The notes beneath the pieces are model-generated. The model had not been told where the DNA came from. It searched no databases and saw only the letters and a program-made list of their open reading frames with translations. A program made the translations under genes and the position numbers. DNA of 63,175 nucleotides, filler included, from Conidiobolus incongruus B7586 (Eukaryota): the NCBI GenBank assembly GCA_000697335.1. It is 7 parts of 7 records of this genome, joined end to end, with 100 filler letters (N's around TTAATTAATTAA, not from the genome) between each part and the next. Parts side by side here need not be neighbours in the genome. Positions count along the whole stretch, not along the records: positions 1 to 20,378 come from JNEM01007017.1; positions 20,479 to 42,531 come from JNEM01007018.1; 5 more parts are not named here. One strand, written 5' to 3'. This document shows, in pieces, positions 13,941 to 29,170 of the stretch; positions within the stretch are counted from its first letter, which is position 1, and every line of letters starts with the position of its first letter.

Positions 13941-14749
13941 ATATTAATCTTAACTGACAAATATTTTAGTGTTGTGTTTTAAAATAAGTTTTCTATATAA
14001 ATATTATTGCTAGAAAAATACTAGAAATAAGATTTAATAAACTATTTATTATTCCTAATCCTGAATATATCAAGCTGTATGTCTTAGAGCTTACTTTTCA
14101 GATATTGTAGCAAAATATTCAGAAAAACCTTTTCTCTATTTGTATCACTTCTGGGTTTAAATAGTTGATTCAGTAGATGATATCCTTTAATTGTGGACTG
14201 ACAAAGCCAGCTTAAAATATAAATAATATTGTTTTAACTATCAAGTTAAGATCAATTGTTAATTCTAAAATACATCAATAAGTTAAATAATAATAAATTT
14301 ATCACTTTAAACTTGATTAGCAAACTTAATTTTTTCTGTTAAAACCAGATTAAATATTAATATACTAGATTATATATAAAATGATTTTTTACCTACTAAC
14401 TATAGAATAAACAAACATTGGAATTTATTCCTAATATCAGTTTTTCATCCTATTTTATATCTTTTAAAATAAATTATTACTATCTTTTTTTATTATTTGA
14501 ATAAAAGCAAAAATTTGATTATATTATATTATTTTTTATTAAATTATATTTGAATTAAATATTTGTTATATTATAATTGATAAATTTTCCAATATTGATT
14601 CTTATTATATAATTAATAATATAAAATATTAAACCTTATAATTCAATTGTTTTAATTATTATTTTAATAGAATAATTTTATAATTATTTTTATATTTTTG
14701 AATTATTAAAATATTTTGGTTTATATTTTGATTATTAAAATCTTATACT

Positions 14750-15520
14750 ATAAAGCAATATTTTTTGCATTTAAAAAAAATAAAATGATCCTTATAATAT
14801 AAAAAAGATAATTATTACTATAATAACTAAAATAATAATAAAACTTTTAAAATTAAAATTCAAAATAATTTCAATTATATTAAATAATTTAAACAAATAG
14901 TATTATTGATTATAAATAATATTTTGCCAAATAATTGGTAGGTTTGTGAATTTTAAAAAATAATTCTTTAATTATATAAAATAATTATAATTATATAGTT
15001 TATATTCTAATGAATATCATAAATATTGTAATTTTTCCTATTTTTTATATAAATAACCATTTATTGTTTTAGTTCTATTCAATTTATAACAGTTTTATTA
15101 AATAATAATATTAATAATTTATTATAAAAATACCAATTAAAAATAATTCTATTTAAAAAACATAATCTTTATTTTATATCAATTTACCTTTTAATTTTAA
15201 AATTATAAATTTAATGATAAATGGTAGTTTTAGATAAAATATTATTTTATAAGTTATTTATAAATCATCAATCACTTTAAAAAAGTTATGATAAAGTTTT
15301 AATAAAAATAAAATAAAAGACTGTTAATAATCATATTTTATTTCAAATATGATTAAATTCAAAAATATATTTTAAAAATATTTTGAATAAAAATAATAAT
15401 TAATAATTATATATAGTTCAAAAATTCTTTATTTATTTTGTATATAATTTATTTTTAAAATTAATAAAATATTTGAGAAATCAGAGATTAAAGAATTTGC
15501 CATTTATTTTTAAATAAATA
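14750..15520 (-). mobile_element. Possible very old mariner relic
   Basis: 15470-15510 (gaaatcagagattaaagaatttgccattt) resembles the subfamily A end at 48270-48300, and 14760-14785 resembles the subfamily B end at 52890. Interior unreadable. Confidence 0.35.
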
Positions 15521-15642
15521 AGTAATATAAAATCTATTATATATATTTGCAATATTTAACAACTATTTTCATTAATTTATGATATAGTTTTATAAAATTT
15601 TATATTTAATTTATAATCCATTAAAATTAAATATTTAATTCA

Positions 15643-16074
15643 AATAATAGGAAATAATTTTATCAATCACTCAAGAAATTACAATTACCAAACTAAATCA
15701 AGAAATGATTTTAGAGAATAGTTATTTCCTTAACTCAGTGGTTGTGTTCCTCTCTGTCACTGAGTTATTCCTATCCATAAAAATCAACAATGAAAACTAA
15801 TATAAGATTATCATGAATGAACTAATAAACATATCTCTTATATCTTCATTCCAAAAGTATCTAAACTCTAAGCTTTTCTCATAACACACACCAAAGTATT
15901 TAGTTGTGACGAGCGTGAGATATTTATTTTACTCGAAGTACCCGATTCGCAGCAAGCCATTTTTTTCTCATTTGATAAACTACATTAATTTTCCCTAACT
16001 CTGTGGTAACCTATCATTTATCACTGGCGATTCCCCATTTAAGATCTAAAAGTCTATTGTCTCCCTCAATTACA
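15643..16074 (+). mobile_element. LTR-like repeat (probable solo LTR), decayed copy of the family at 42667-43103
   Basis: ~430 bp reverse-complement homology to 42674-43103 (gtgacgagcgtgagatattta, cactggcgattcccc, aaaaatcaacaatg). Ends ...ACA. No clear TSD. Confidence 0.65.
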
Positions 16075-18311
16075 GAAGTTACAAACATTAAATTTATATT
16101 TTAGAAAATTATTAAAATTATTAAAATAATATAATTTATTAAAAATATAACATTAAATTTACTAACTTAGTCATATATTTATTTACTTCATAAATTAACC
16201 TATCAAATATCATTCAAAAAATAGTAAGAAAATTTTTATGAGAAGAGGTATAAAAAACTTGAATGATATAATATTGTTACAATTTTTTATATTTTAATTT
16301 AACTCATATTATCTCAAGGGTTATTAATTAATTATCAATTATATCCAATAAATATATAATAAAATATAAATTCAATAGAAATTTATAGAGTTATAAAAAT
16401 ATATTATATAATAATATAATTAAAAATCACAATAAATTGTATAGATACCTAATCATGTCTATACCAGGTTAATATATGTAAAAAAATTAAATATTTTAAT
16501 TTGATTTATTATTTTAATTCAAATTTTTTTTGATAATCCCACTGAGATTTTATTTTTTATTTAATTCCTAATAATTATTTAAAAATAAAGAAAAATAAAC
16601 TCAATAATCTTCATTGTCTAAATATATATATATATATATATACGTATATATTATTTCAATGTTTTATAATTCAAATTTAATCATTATAGCATATAATGAT
16701 ATTATGATTTTAATTTTACAAAATATGAGTTTGGACAGTTGAATCAGAGGTAGCATATTATTTATATTTTTAATATTTAGGAATATGTAACATTTTAGCT
16801 TTTTCAATAAATCCTAACATTCTTTTAATAATTTATATGAATTATAAAAAAACTAATATTTCTTAATAATCATACTTGCAAGAAAATTGGTTTTAATAAT
16901 TTTGTCTACTATTATCATATTTTTTAGCCAATTACTGGCAAAAATTTAATTGGAATTAATAAATTTAAATAAAAATATTAATTAAAGTTTATAATATTAA
17001 ATAATATTGATAATGAATCAGAAATAAAATAAATACTTATCTCAATATTTATGGTTTTAAGTTATTATTTTTGTAAATTTTATTAAATTAATATACATAA
17101 CTATATTCATAAATTATCAATTTTTTATTGATTTTAATTATATTAGAATTAAGATAATGATGTAATCAATCCAACTCGATTAAAAGTAAAATTAACTAAT
17201 GATATTTTTTTTAAAATTATCTATTTATGGTAATTCAGGAAAATAACTGTAAACTTTGGATTTTTTGGTGCGGGCGGATTATATAAATATATTTTTGATA
17301 ATTTATTGTTTATGGAAGGTATTTAATGACTGCTGTTTTTTTATTATATATTCTCATTACCATATTAGTTCTTTTCATGGTTTTCTCAGGATAGTTCATA
17401 AGTGTTTTGCCAAAGATTTTTTAGGATATATGATGTAATATAAAGATTATCCTTAAATTTTGATTGATCTAAAATTTTAAACGTTGGTTTATCATAAAAC
17501 TTAGTTAACAAATATGAAAGAAATTGATCATAAATATAAAAGATACCCTCCTTTGAAAAAATCAAAAATATGATTTATTACCAAAAGTAATAAATTAATA
17601 TTAACCAATTCATGTTAATCTATTTAAATCGAAAAATACTTCATTATTTAATAAATTTATATCAAGTTTGGTTCTGAATATTATAATTCAGGTTATTTAT
17701 AGTAATTAGATCAAAATATAAATTAAGTTAATTGAATAAATTTCATATCGCTTGACCCAACAATATTCGATTTATCAAAAATATTGTAAATTTAATAAAT
17801 ATGAATATTAAAATTATTGTTATGATATATATATTTAATATAAAGATCAACATTAATATTATTATCGGATATACAATAGGGATATTACTATTTTTAATAA
17901 TCTATAGTAGATATACTGAACTTAAAGAGTTGATCACTAAACATCATAAATACTCATATTAAAAATATATTTTTATAATTAACAGATTCAATACCAAAAC
18001 AGATTTGTGAGATTTAGTAAACTGGATAAAATATCTAAATCTGATAATATCTTGATATATCCCAAATAGGATATACAATTCGATAAATTTGTCGTTATAT
18101 TACTTAAATTGGAATTATATAGGAAACTCAAAGTAGTTCAAGTTATTTCAATTTGCTATAGGATTATCCGAATGAATATTAAAAAGTCAATTGGAAATTA
18201 TGTATGTAAATTATATGGTAATTTTGATGAATATATAAACACTTTAAATTATGAGATTTTGAATATTTATTTATTGAATAAATAATAATCATATAATCAT
18301 AAAAAAATATA

Positions 18312-19314
18312 ATGGAAGTATTAAATTCGACAATAAGTACATTTAGTGATAATTTATTACAACCCGAAAAGTTGACTTTTGTTGAAAGACAGTGGGCTAA
18401 TATCTTCCATGGAAGAAACGAATATTTGACATTAACTGTTTTCGCTTTTATTTATCGTGAACTTATTTACTTTGGAAGATTTATCCCCTGGTGGATCTGT
18501 AGTAAAATCAGAGCATTTGATAAGTACAAATTGCAACCTGTAACTAATAATAATTTAAAATTCTGTATATGCAAGATCACTGACGTTGGTTTAGGATAAG
18601 GAAATCTCTGAAGAACAACACAAAAAATGTTTGAAAGCTGTTTTAAAGCACCACTTTTTGGTTGAAGCTCCCCTTCAATTTGGTTTTCACCCCGTTGCTA
18701 CTTTCTTTGGTATGAAGATCTCTGAAGTTCCTCTTCCCAGCTGGTAAGTTGAATAATTAACGATCGTTATAGAAATTGTATTCATCTAGTTGATTAGGAC
18801 TACTATGTTTTTCCAAACTTTCTTGTGTTTGGTATTTGAAGATTTCTTCCACTATGTCTTCCACAGAATTTTCCACTATGGTCCTTTTTACAAGCACATT
18901 CACAAGATGCATCACGAATACTCTGCTCCTTACGGATTAGCTGCCGAATACGCTCATCCCATCGAAATCATCACTTTGGGTATGGGTACTTTATTGGGTC
19001 CCATTTTAATCACTTCCTCAGGCTTTGATCTCCACGTCTTCACCGTTATTTTCTTTATTACCTGCCGTACCTTCCAAGCTGTCGATGCCCACTCCGGCTA
19101 TGACTTCCCCTGGTCCTTGCACAACTGGGTACCCTTCTGGGCTGGTGCCGAACATCACGACTACCATCATCAAGCTTTCGTAGGCTGCTACTCCTCCAGC
19201 TTCCGCTGGTGGGATACTATCTTCGGTACCGATGATAAGTATCATGCCTTCCGTGCCCAACAAAAACTTAAAGCTGAAGCTGAAAAGAAGGCTGCTCAAG
19301 CTAAGTCTGAATGA
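18312..19314 (+). CDS. ERG25: C-4 methylsterol oxidase (fatty acid hydroxylase/sterol desaturase family), ~297 aa, 3 exons
   Basis: Exons 18312-18539, 18595-18743, 18798-19314. His boxes HRIFH, HKMHH, HHDYHH. ERG25-typical YFGRFIPW, AEYAHPIE, FQAVDAHSGYDFPWSL, YSSSFRWWD. Confidence 0.95.
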
Positions 19315-20378
19315 TCATATATTAACCAATTTTTATAACGTTTATAAATTTTACATACTGTTTGAATATTAATTATCTTAAAGAAATTCTAATAAATATA
19401 TTTAATAATTTGATTTTTTATTTTTATTTTATCTTATTAATATTATGAATAAATTTATAATAATTGTCCAATTTTTATTTAATATAGAACAATTTTAATT
19501 TAAATTAGCATAAATATTTATTTATTTAATTTTAATTGATATTATTCAAAAATTTAATTTTTTTTTATTTTCAGTTAGTATTTACTACAATCTATTCATT
19601 ATATATACATTCCAATTCTCTCAATATTTTTTTTCTTTGATATTTAATATATATCTCCTTACTTAATATATTTATAGAATATTAGTAAAAATGTAGGTTT
19701 TAATAATATCTGATTTTAATTAAATCGAGATATAAGTTCAAATTGTGATTATATTAGTAAAAACACAATCATAACTGAACAAATATTTTGCTACTTCTAA
19801 ATTTGGTAATCATAGCAAATTCAAAATAATTTTAATTTTACTAAAAGTTCAAAAATAATCAAAATTAAAAAGAAATAATATATATACTATATTATTAAAT
19901 AATTTAAAATTGATAAAATGAAAATATATTTACTTATTAATTTATACGAAGTATACAATTGTTTTTAAATTCAATAATTTCAAATTATATATATTCCACG
20001 TTCAATAATAATATATTCAAATTTGTTTATATATAATTTAATAATTTTGATTACCATTATTTTAATATGATATATTAACATTTTCCTTATCTTTAATCAC
20101 TTACAAAATCATTATAAGATTCAATTATGATAATGCGTAATTAATTATTTAAAGCCACCAATATAAAATAAAATCAAATAATAATAACTTAAATATTAAT
20201 ATAAAATCATAATTCAATAAAATTTTAGAATTTATATTTTATATTATTGGAAAATTTTTTATAATAAACTATTTATCAACTTATATAATAATTTTATTTT
20301 AAAATATTATTATGAACAATAATAATTAATTTGTATGTAAAAAGTATAAAGCCTTGTATAAATACATATATATATATA

Positions 20379-20478
20379 NNNNNNNNNNNNNNNNNNNNNN
20401 NNNNNNNNNNNNNNNNNNNNNNTTAATTAATTAANNNNNNNNNNNNNNNNNNNNNNNNNNNNNNNNNNNNNNNNNNNN
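20379..20478. other. Assembly gap with artificial TTAATTAATTAA linker (same at 42532-42631, 47753-47852, 53366-53465, 57691-57790, 61764-61863)
   Basis: Identical 44N + 12 nt + 44N structure six times. The palindromic linker gives stops in all frames. Confidence 0.95.
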
Positions 20479-23400
20479 TATATATTGATAAATAATGACA
20501 TAATATTAATAATATCAAATATTAAATAAAATAAATTATAATTCAAAATAATTATAATTTCAAGATTAAAAATCATTATTTTAATTATTTTGATTTTGAT
20601 TTTATATATTAAGTAAAACATAATAAATATATTTATATTGTTTATTATATTTAAATAAATATAAACCTTGTTTTATAATAAAAAAGAAATTAGATATATA
20701 ATAATTAAAAGAATGATCAATGAAAAATTTTGATAATACAAAAAATTATGTTTTTTATAATATATATTAAAACTTTTATATAATATTCATTTCATAGAGT
20801 AATATTATTATAATTAATATATGATTAAAAATAACTCACTTTTCGATAAAAATATATTATTTGTTATTATATATTTATATAGTCCAGTTATAAATTAAAA
20901 ATTTATAAATCTTAAAATTAATTTTAATATTATATTTCATACAAATATAGTACTTAAAATTATTATAACTAAAATATAATTTTCTAAATAATTTTTATAT
21001 TTGATAATATCTGGAAAACAAATATGCTCTTGAATTAAATATATAAATTTATATATTGAATTTTTTAATTCAATGCTATTATAATATAAACTTTTATACT
21101 AAGACATGATTTTTTTATAATAATATTAATATATGAGTTTTATTCATTGTTAATTATTTTTATATAATATATAGATAAAAAATATTAATATATTTAAACT
21201 AAATATTCCTAAAATGATTTTAATATTTGATTAAAACAATTAAATAAAAAGTTATTAATTTAAATTAAAATATTTACTTATTAATTATTATATTGAAACT
21301 ATTATTTTTTCTGTCAGAGTTATTGTAAATTCTTAACCTCAAGAACTAATGACATTCTAGAACTTCTATATTATAAGCCACCCATTATTATATTCAAGGT
21401 ATTTAAATTATTTGATTTTTTTGAATAAATGCTCTTTTTTACTATTATAATTCTAACTTTACTTTATTTTATACTTTATTAATATTTTTTTTGGGTATTT
21501 ATTTAATATTCTAGACCTTATTAAAAAATAATTATTGATAATAAGTTATGTCTCAATATCAAAAATTGGGTAAAAAGTTGAATGCTATACCTGCTGGATA
21601 TATTAAAAAGCAAGGATTAGTATTAATAAAATGGGTTATTTATAAATCACAAATATCCATAATATATATAACCAAGAATTACAAAAATTTGATATTATCT
21701 TGGTTTCTGACTTAATTACCAGTTAATAAATAATAACTTAAAGATTCAAGTGATCAATAGATTTATAATAGAAAAAGGTGTCTTTATTATAATATTTGCA
21801 ACTAAGGTTATATATCCATAGTAATTTATAAATTATGGCTTATCTTCTAAAGGGTTAAATTTATCAATATCAAGATAATAAATATGAATGACTAGTTAGG
21901 CTTTGCTAAATATAAGTGAATCAAAAATAATGATAACATCTAATAACATCATGGAAATAGCTTGACTATCAAAATATTTGATGGTAAAATAACTTCCAAT
22001 AAATAAGTTTAACTATTATTTATTTTTTTTAATTAAAAAATTTTATAATTTAAACCAGAGATCTATTAAATTTTATACAAAAAAATTTTGTTTTTATTTA
22101 TTATTAAAATTTGTTTGAATGAAAACTTTAAGTAATTTTTAAATAATTTATATAGGAATTAGAGTTGAAATATATAATATTAATTTTTATCTAATTAGTT
22201 AATCTATTTTAAAATTTAATTTAAGTTTTATCTATAATAATAATATAATTAATTAATATTTTTTAGTTATATAACCCTGAAATTTAAAAATATCCATTTC
22301 AAATATTATTTTATTTGGATACTAAATATATAATCTTATGTTATCATTAAAGGCTAAATAAATTATTTTATTTTCAAATAGAGTTTTTCCATATTTTTGA
22401 TTTTAAATTACCGTTTATAAATTTCAATTAAGATTATATTGTTTTTATTAGTTAACTTTTGCTAAAAGTTATATCAATTGATATAGCAAATAGGTTAATT
22501 ATGAACAAAGTCATTATATTTATTTATTTATCACAAAATTAATGATATATCTAAATATTTTGAGTTTATGATTAAAAAATGATAATTCAATATAATATTT
22601 TATTTTTTAATTATTATCAGAGTTCTATTGATTATATATACTGTTTATTATAGTTATCAATCCTAAATTTCATTTTTATAATAGTTAAATAATGGAAAAA
22701 AAGAGTTTTATCATAATATTGTCAAAAATTTAATTTTAATTATATATCTTACAAACTTAATTTTAATTATCTATATATATTTATATCCTTGGAAATATCA
22801 TACATATTCTCTTATTATTATATTGAATTAATATAATTTTAATAAAATATATATTCATATGATTTTTGAAATATTATATAAATAAAGATTAGATATGTTT
22901 TTAAAATGCTCTTTTATTTAATTGGTTTTTTTATTTATTATTCAAATTTATTTTTTAATTTTTTATTATTTCAATATTTTCAAAAAAAATATAATAATGA
23001 ATTATATTGGTTTCTTAATGATAATATTAAGTTCAAGTCTTTATTTTATCAAATATATGATATCCTTTACTAAATTTTATAAAACAATAATGTTACATAT
23101 ATTTTTATTTTATTATTATAAATTCTATCAATATTAATTTTGTTTTCAATATTATTATTTCAATACAAATTATATTCCATTAATTTTTGGAATTGATTCA
23201 AAATAAGGATATTTAATATTCTAACAAATTTGGAACAATTTTATCAATTACAATATTAGATATATGATTTTTCACTTTAATATTCAATATTTAAACTTTT
23301 AAAATCTTATTAATTTCAAGCATTGATGCATATTAAGCTAGAGAAAAAAATAATATAATTAAAGTATTTGGTTATTTATTTATATTAAAAAGTCTGTTAA

Positions 23401-23907
23401 ATATTAAAAGATATCATGAACCTTTATTAATTATAAACCTTTTATATTGTATATTTTATTTAAATTAGAAATTTTAAAAAAAAATTTTATAACTGATTAT
23501 TATTTAATATTAAAGGTTCTTTTATAGTTTGAATAAATTACATTTCTAATAAATATTAATAAATATATTTTAAACATAAATTAATTAGAGAAAATATATG
23601 GGATATTTATAACAAGCTTTTTGGGAATTATTATAATGATGATTTTCCTTGAAAATATAAATATCTATAATTAATCATAATATTAATACTTAAAACCAAA
23701 AATCTAAGGATTTTCTCAAATTATTTTAAAATATAAAATATTAAATAATTATATAAATAAAAATTATTATAAAATATAATAAAATATATTTTAGATTATT
23801 TTCTAGATATTTGTGATTTGGAATAAAATAAAATAATGTTTTGATTAATTTGATTATAATTTTTCATTGATTATATATTATAGTTAATATTATTTTTTTA
23901 TTAATAT

Positions 23908-24270
23908 TGTAAGTATGGTAGTAAATACCAATATAATATAGAGGAAAACTTAATATAAGAATAGTATAACATAGAATATAATATTATAATATAACTATAG
24001 TATGCAAATATAAACAAAGTTTAATTAAGCTTTATATTAGGTAATGCTAATATACTGTAATATTAATAGGATATAATCTCAAACTTAAAAATAGTGGAAA
24101 GAATAAGAAATAATAAATATTGAGAGGAAAAAAAAACCTAGTTTATTAAATAATTCAATGATATTTATATAATTAATTTAACTATAAAAGTATAAATTAA
24201 TTATATAATTTATAGTTAGTTGAATTATATAAAAGTATATATAAGAATTTAGTGAACTAGTTTTTTAATA
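23908..24270 (-). repeat. 3' LTR of Gypsy element
   Basis: Direct repeat of 29171-29568. A purine-rich tract (GAAGAAATTTATTAAGAGAG on minus strand) precedes it at 24271-24290. Confidence 0.9.
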
Positions 24271-27200
24271 CTCTCTTAATAAATTTCTTCAAAGAGATAT
24301 ACTCCTTGAATTTTTGTAAATAGGTATAATAGGTTATGATATTCTTAATATTTTTTAAAAGTTCTTATATAACTTCTTTAATAAGATAACTTAATTATTT
24401 TATATAGAAATAAAGCTTATTCTTAATAGATTTAAATTTAATTATGTAATTAATATATTATTCTTTTTCTTTATCTTAATTAATAATTACATCTAGTTTT
24501 AAAGCTTTTAATCAATTAAGAAAAGTATTAAAAGCTTCAAAATAAGGTTTGATTTAGATATGTGAATAATAAAGTTAATCTTTAAATTTAAAGATAATTC
24601 TAAAATAATATTTTTAAAAATTAAATTAATAGATGAATTTTATAGGGATTATAATATAATAGCAAGTATTTTAGATTTAAGCTAGATTTGAATAAGATAG
24701 GTTTAAGGGTAAATTATTCTAAGTATACAAATATATTAGTTTTATATTTAAGAGGATTCCTAGATAACTTTAAATATTGTTGTTTTATAATCTTTTAATT
24801 TTCTTCCAAGTTAATTTTAATTAGGGAATTAATATACTTAATATTAAATTAAAATTCAATAACATTTAAAGGTAAGTTGATTTAAAGTTTTAAAGCAATT
24901 ATTAAGTTAGGATATTTGTTATAATTAATGAAATAAAAGTTAAAACTTATTGATTTATTAATAAAAGTATTTAATAAATATTAAAGTTGGTAGATATAAT
25001 TATTTTAAATTAATTGATTAATGTTAATATAAGCTTTAATCATTTATTTTAAGGTTTTAATAATTCTTTCAACAAGTTTATTGGTTTAATGATAATCAAT
25101 AATAAACATAGCTAAATTAATCTTGAAAGAAGAAGATAGTAACTTCTAAAATTAGAAGTTGAATTATATATCTCTATCAAATGTAATAGTTTATAGAATT
25201 TTATAATGGGTAAAAATATTAAAGAATAATAGTTTTACAATATCTTTAGTTATAGAAGTTTTAAAACAAAGAATATAATAAGTATATTTAGAGAATAAAT
25301 CAATTATAATTAGTAAATTATTATAACTAATTATTGATTTAAGAATTTCTATGAAATTAAGTTGGATTTATTATTAAGTTTTATTAGAGACTTATAAAGG
25401 AATAAGTTTACTATATTTTAGTTAGGTATTATATTTAATTCTTTAGCATATATTATAAGTATTAATGTATTTCTAGACTAATTTAACTAAAGAAAACTAG
25501 TAATATTTTATTTTAATTCTTTTAGTAGTTTTTAACTAGTTTTAATATCATCTAATAAGTAAATTATAATATTCATCAAATATTATTTATTAGATCTTAA
25601 GAATATTAAGAATATATAAACAATTATTATAGTATAGTAAGTTATTAATGATTTTAAATCTTTTAACATATTTTAATTAGTTTTTTAATAATTTAAAGAG
25701 TTTATCTTTAATTATTATAAAAAAATTATTATTTAATAGTGTTTCTTAAAATAGTTTAATAGATTTTTTATTTCTTTCATTAATAATTATTATGTTAATA
25801 TTTGTTAGGTTTTTACAATTAAAATAAAAAGATAAGTATATAAAATTTCTTAATAAAGTATCTACAATATAATTTTATTAAAAGATATTAGATAAAGAAA
25901 AAATAAGGTTAAATAGTTTTAATTTATTTAGTTTATCTTCTTAATAAATATTTTTAAGTATTTAAGGAAATAAGTGATTTATAATCTATAAGTATTAGGA
26001 AAAATTATAAAATAAAAAATGTAAATGATTTGTGATTATTTTTACTAAGATAAAGAGTTTTTGTTTATAAACTAGATATTTTAATTTAGCTAGCTTTATT
26101 TTTCTTAATTAGAAGGTTATAGGTTTTAAGATAATGTTTATAAGGTTAAACTCAACCTATTCTCCCTTATTTATTATTTTATTTTATAGTTAAAAGGTAA
26201 AATATAAATTAAATTTAAATTAAGTTAATTATCTACTAATTACAAAAAAATTAAAATTAGAAAAATAATAGTAGGTAGTTTAAGATTAAAAATAAATAAA
26301 GTAAGAGTATTAAAGATATAAAAAATTAAAGCATTTATATAAAAAGTATATAATAGGGTTTATTTAAAAAAAGAGTTTTTTTAAAAGATTAGTTAGAAAA
26401 ATTATAAGTTCAACAAAAGAATCAATGAAATCTTTAAAGTAATTTAATAATTTAAGTATAAATATAAGTTGATCTTGGTTTATAAATATAATAAAGGTTT
26501 TTACACCATTAAGTTTAATTAGATTAATATTAATTCTTTAAGAAAAAATAATATAACTATAGAAGAAGATAGAAGAATCACTAAAAATATATTTTAATAA
26601 CTTTAAAAGTAATTTATATTCTTGAATAATTTTTAAAACCTAATTTATATATTAGATAAATTCTTCTTTAGTTTTTAAATAGATTAAGATATTATTAAAA
26701 TAAATAATAATAAAGATATTAAAAACAAAGTTAAAAAGGGAATTGATAAATTAAATAAAAGTTACAAGGGTATTATATAATCTAAAGTTTATAATAGTAA
26801 ATTTATAATAGCTTAATAGAGTATTAAAAAGAGTTAAAAGAATAAAATTTTCTTCAACTTTAATGTTATAATAAATTTTTCTAACATCTAATTTAGTGAA
26901 TATAATAGATTTAAGTAGTTGATCTTTAATATCATATAGGTTTAATAATAAAGTTTTATCTTTAATAGTTTTAAAGTTTAAAATATAGTTATTAATATAT
27001 AGTCTTTAACCACCATTAACTTTTTATATAAAAAAGATAAGAGATTTTTATAATGTGGAAAAAAGTTTAATATACCTATTTTCAAGTAATTTTTAGATTT
27101 CTTCTTTTAAAGTTTAATATTATTAAAGAGATAAATGATAAGTAAGCTTTAAATATAATTGTATATCTAAAAAAAGTTTAATTTTATGTTTAATATTATA

Positions 27201-29170
27201 TTTAAAAGGTAATTTACTTATAATTTCAAAAACATTAGTAAATTAACTTAATATATTATATAAAAAATAGTTATTAGTTATAACTTTATTAAAATTAATA
27301 AATAAGGTATTAATAGATAAATAATAAATAGATATATATCCCTATAAATCATTAAAGTTTTTAATTAGTTTTTTATATTAGTTTTTGCTTATAATAATAA
27401 AATTATTTGATATAATTATAAAGTTAGTATTAGGTAAAGTATTTAGTAGTTTTATAATAAGATAATATAAATTTTTTAAGATTAATTCTATTAAATTCTT
27501 TTAAAATATAAATAAAATAAATTTGTAACTTTTTAGAGTAATACTTATAGATAAAAAACTATAGTATTTGAATTAATTTTAATGTAGTATAAAATTGTAA
27601 TTATTGTTACTAACTAAAAATTTAATATATTGAGAATAGTTAAAAAATAGTAATAAATATTTAGATATAATATTAAATGTTTATTCTATTAAATTATTAG
27701 CATATTTAATTATTAAGTTGTTTTTTAAGTAGGTAAAGATAGTTTTATAATACTAAAAAAAGAGATAATACAACTAAAATAACTAAAGTTAATTAAAACA
27801 TTAACAAGTATATTTATAAAATATCTAGTTAAAACAAATAATAAAGTAATAGTTAAAGGTAAAAAATTATAAGATAGATTAGTTACTAAAATATTTTTAG
27901 TTTTTAGTGATTTAATTAGTTAAATCTCTCTAATATATATAATTTAGTTTGTAGAATCATTAATCTATTAAAACTTTTATGGATTAAATTAAAATCTATT
28001 AACTAATTATAAATAAAGTAATTTTAAAATAATATTAATATTATTCAAGTTTAATTTATAGTTGGTAAATTAAAATTGTTAAAAATTAAATAAATGTGGC
28101 TTTCTAAAAAAACACTTATTAACTTTATAATTAACTTATGTTTTTTAACAATAGTAGTAATTTTTATTTATTCTTAAGTAGGCTTTAGCTTCTTTACTAA
28201 AGGTTTTTTTATTTAGCTTTAAAACAAAAACATCTATTATTTGAAATTTAAATAGGTTCAAATAAATTTTAAAGGATTAGTTTTTAAGGTAAGAAAATTT
28301 AGTTATAGAGTAAAGAGTATTATTAATTATAATTACTATATCACAAATATTAAAAAAAACATATTATTAAAATATTTTTTGTTAACTAATTAGAGTATTA
28401 CTTAAAAGTTGAGATATTATAGTAAATTTTAAATTTATTCTTCTTTAGTGATATTTAATATGTTTAAACATATCTTATTAAATTTCTCAATTAATTACCT
28501 TGTAGAAGTTTTTTATTTAAGTTAAGAAAGTTTTTCTTTTGTTAATTAAACTTAATTTTTAAGTAATACCTTTCTTTAAAAGCTTTTTCTAATTGTTTAA
28601 AAGTTTATATTTTTATAGTAAGTTATCCATTTAAAAACTTTTAAGATTAAGTTAATAATAAGTTAACTACTAAATATAAATAGATTTTTCTAAACAAAAT
28701 AGTTAATTTAAAGATATTTTTTAATTTTTCATCAAGAATTAAATTAAAATAATTCTTTATATTTTTAAAATAGTTTTTAAACTTATAAAGGTTTTTAAAA
28801 TTATTATAAGTAGTTAATTTGTTTTTAAAAATATTAAAAAAATAATTTAATATATTAACTATAATAAAATAAATAGTTTATTAGATTTAAGCTTTTTAAG
28901 TAGTATTTTACTTAACTAAAAGTTATTTAATATAAGTTTTTTAAAAGGTAATAAGTTTTTAAAAATTAAAGTCTTAGATTTATTTAATAATTAAGCTACT
29001 ATAATTATTAAAATAATATCAAGGTATCTTTTTTTTAATGGTATTATAGTGTATAATATTAAATTAAAGTAAAATAAATTATAAATAAAATTTAAAATAG
29101 TAATAAATAAATTTAAAATAGGTAATTATTAATTTTTAATAGGTTTTTAGTAGTTTTATTATTATTACTA

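Noticed and set aside
16700..17500. Slightly GC-richer stretch with a 60-aa ORF (17256-17438) and broken minus-strand frames
   Set aside because: No recognisable motif in any frame. May be a relic but I cannot support a call.
19018..19299. 93-aa minus-strand ORF
   Set aside because: Antisense to ERG25 exon 3, explained by codon bias.
6575..19314. Idea that ERG25 and the methyltransferases form a sterol/terpenoid biosynthetic cluster
   Set aside because: ERG25 is a housekeeping gene 7.6 kb from the nearest intact methyltransferase, with no other tailoring or backbone enzyme and no shared motif seen. Proximity alone is not evidence.
20427..23137. Hydrophobic I/F/Y/N/K-rich ORFs (20427-20621, 22922-23137; also 5815-6015, 52327-52512)
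   Set aside because: Chance ORFs from extreme AT content, gap Ns or mutated transposon DNA. No evidence for a mitochondrial insertion or an alternative genetic code, since real genes end in standard TAA/TGA.
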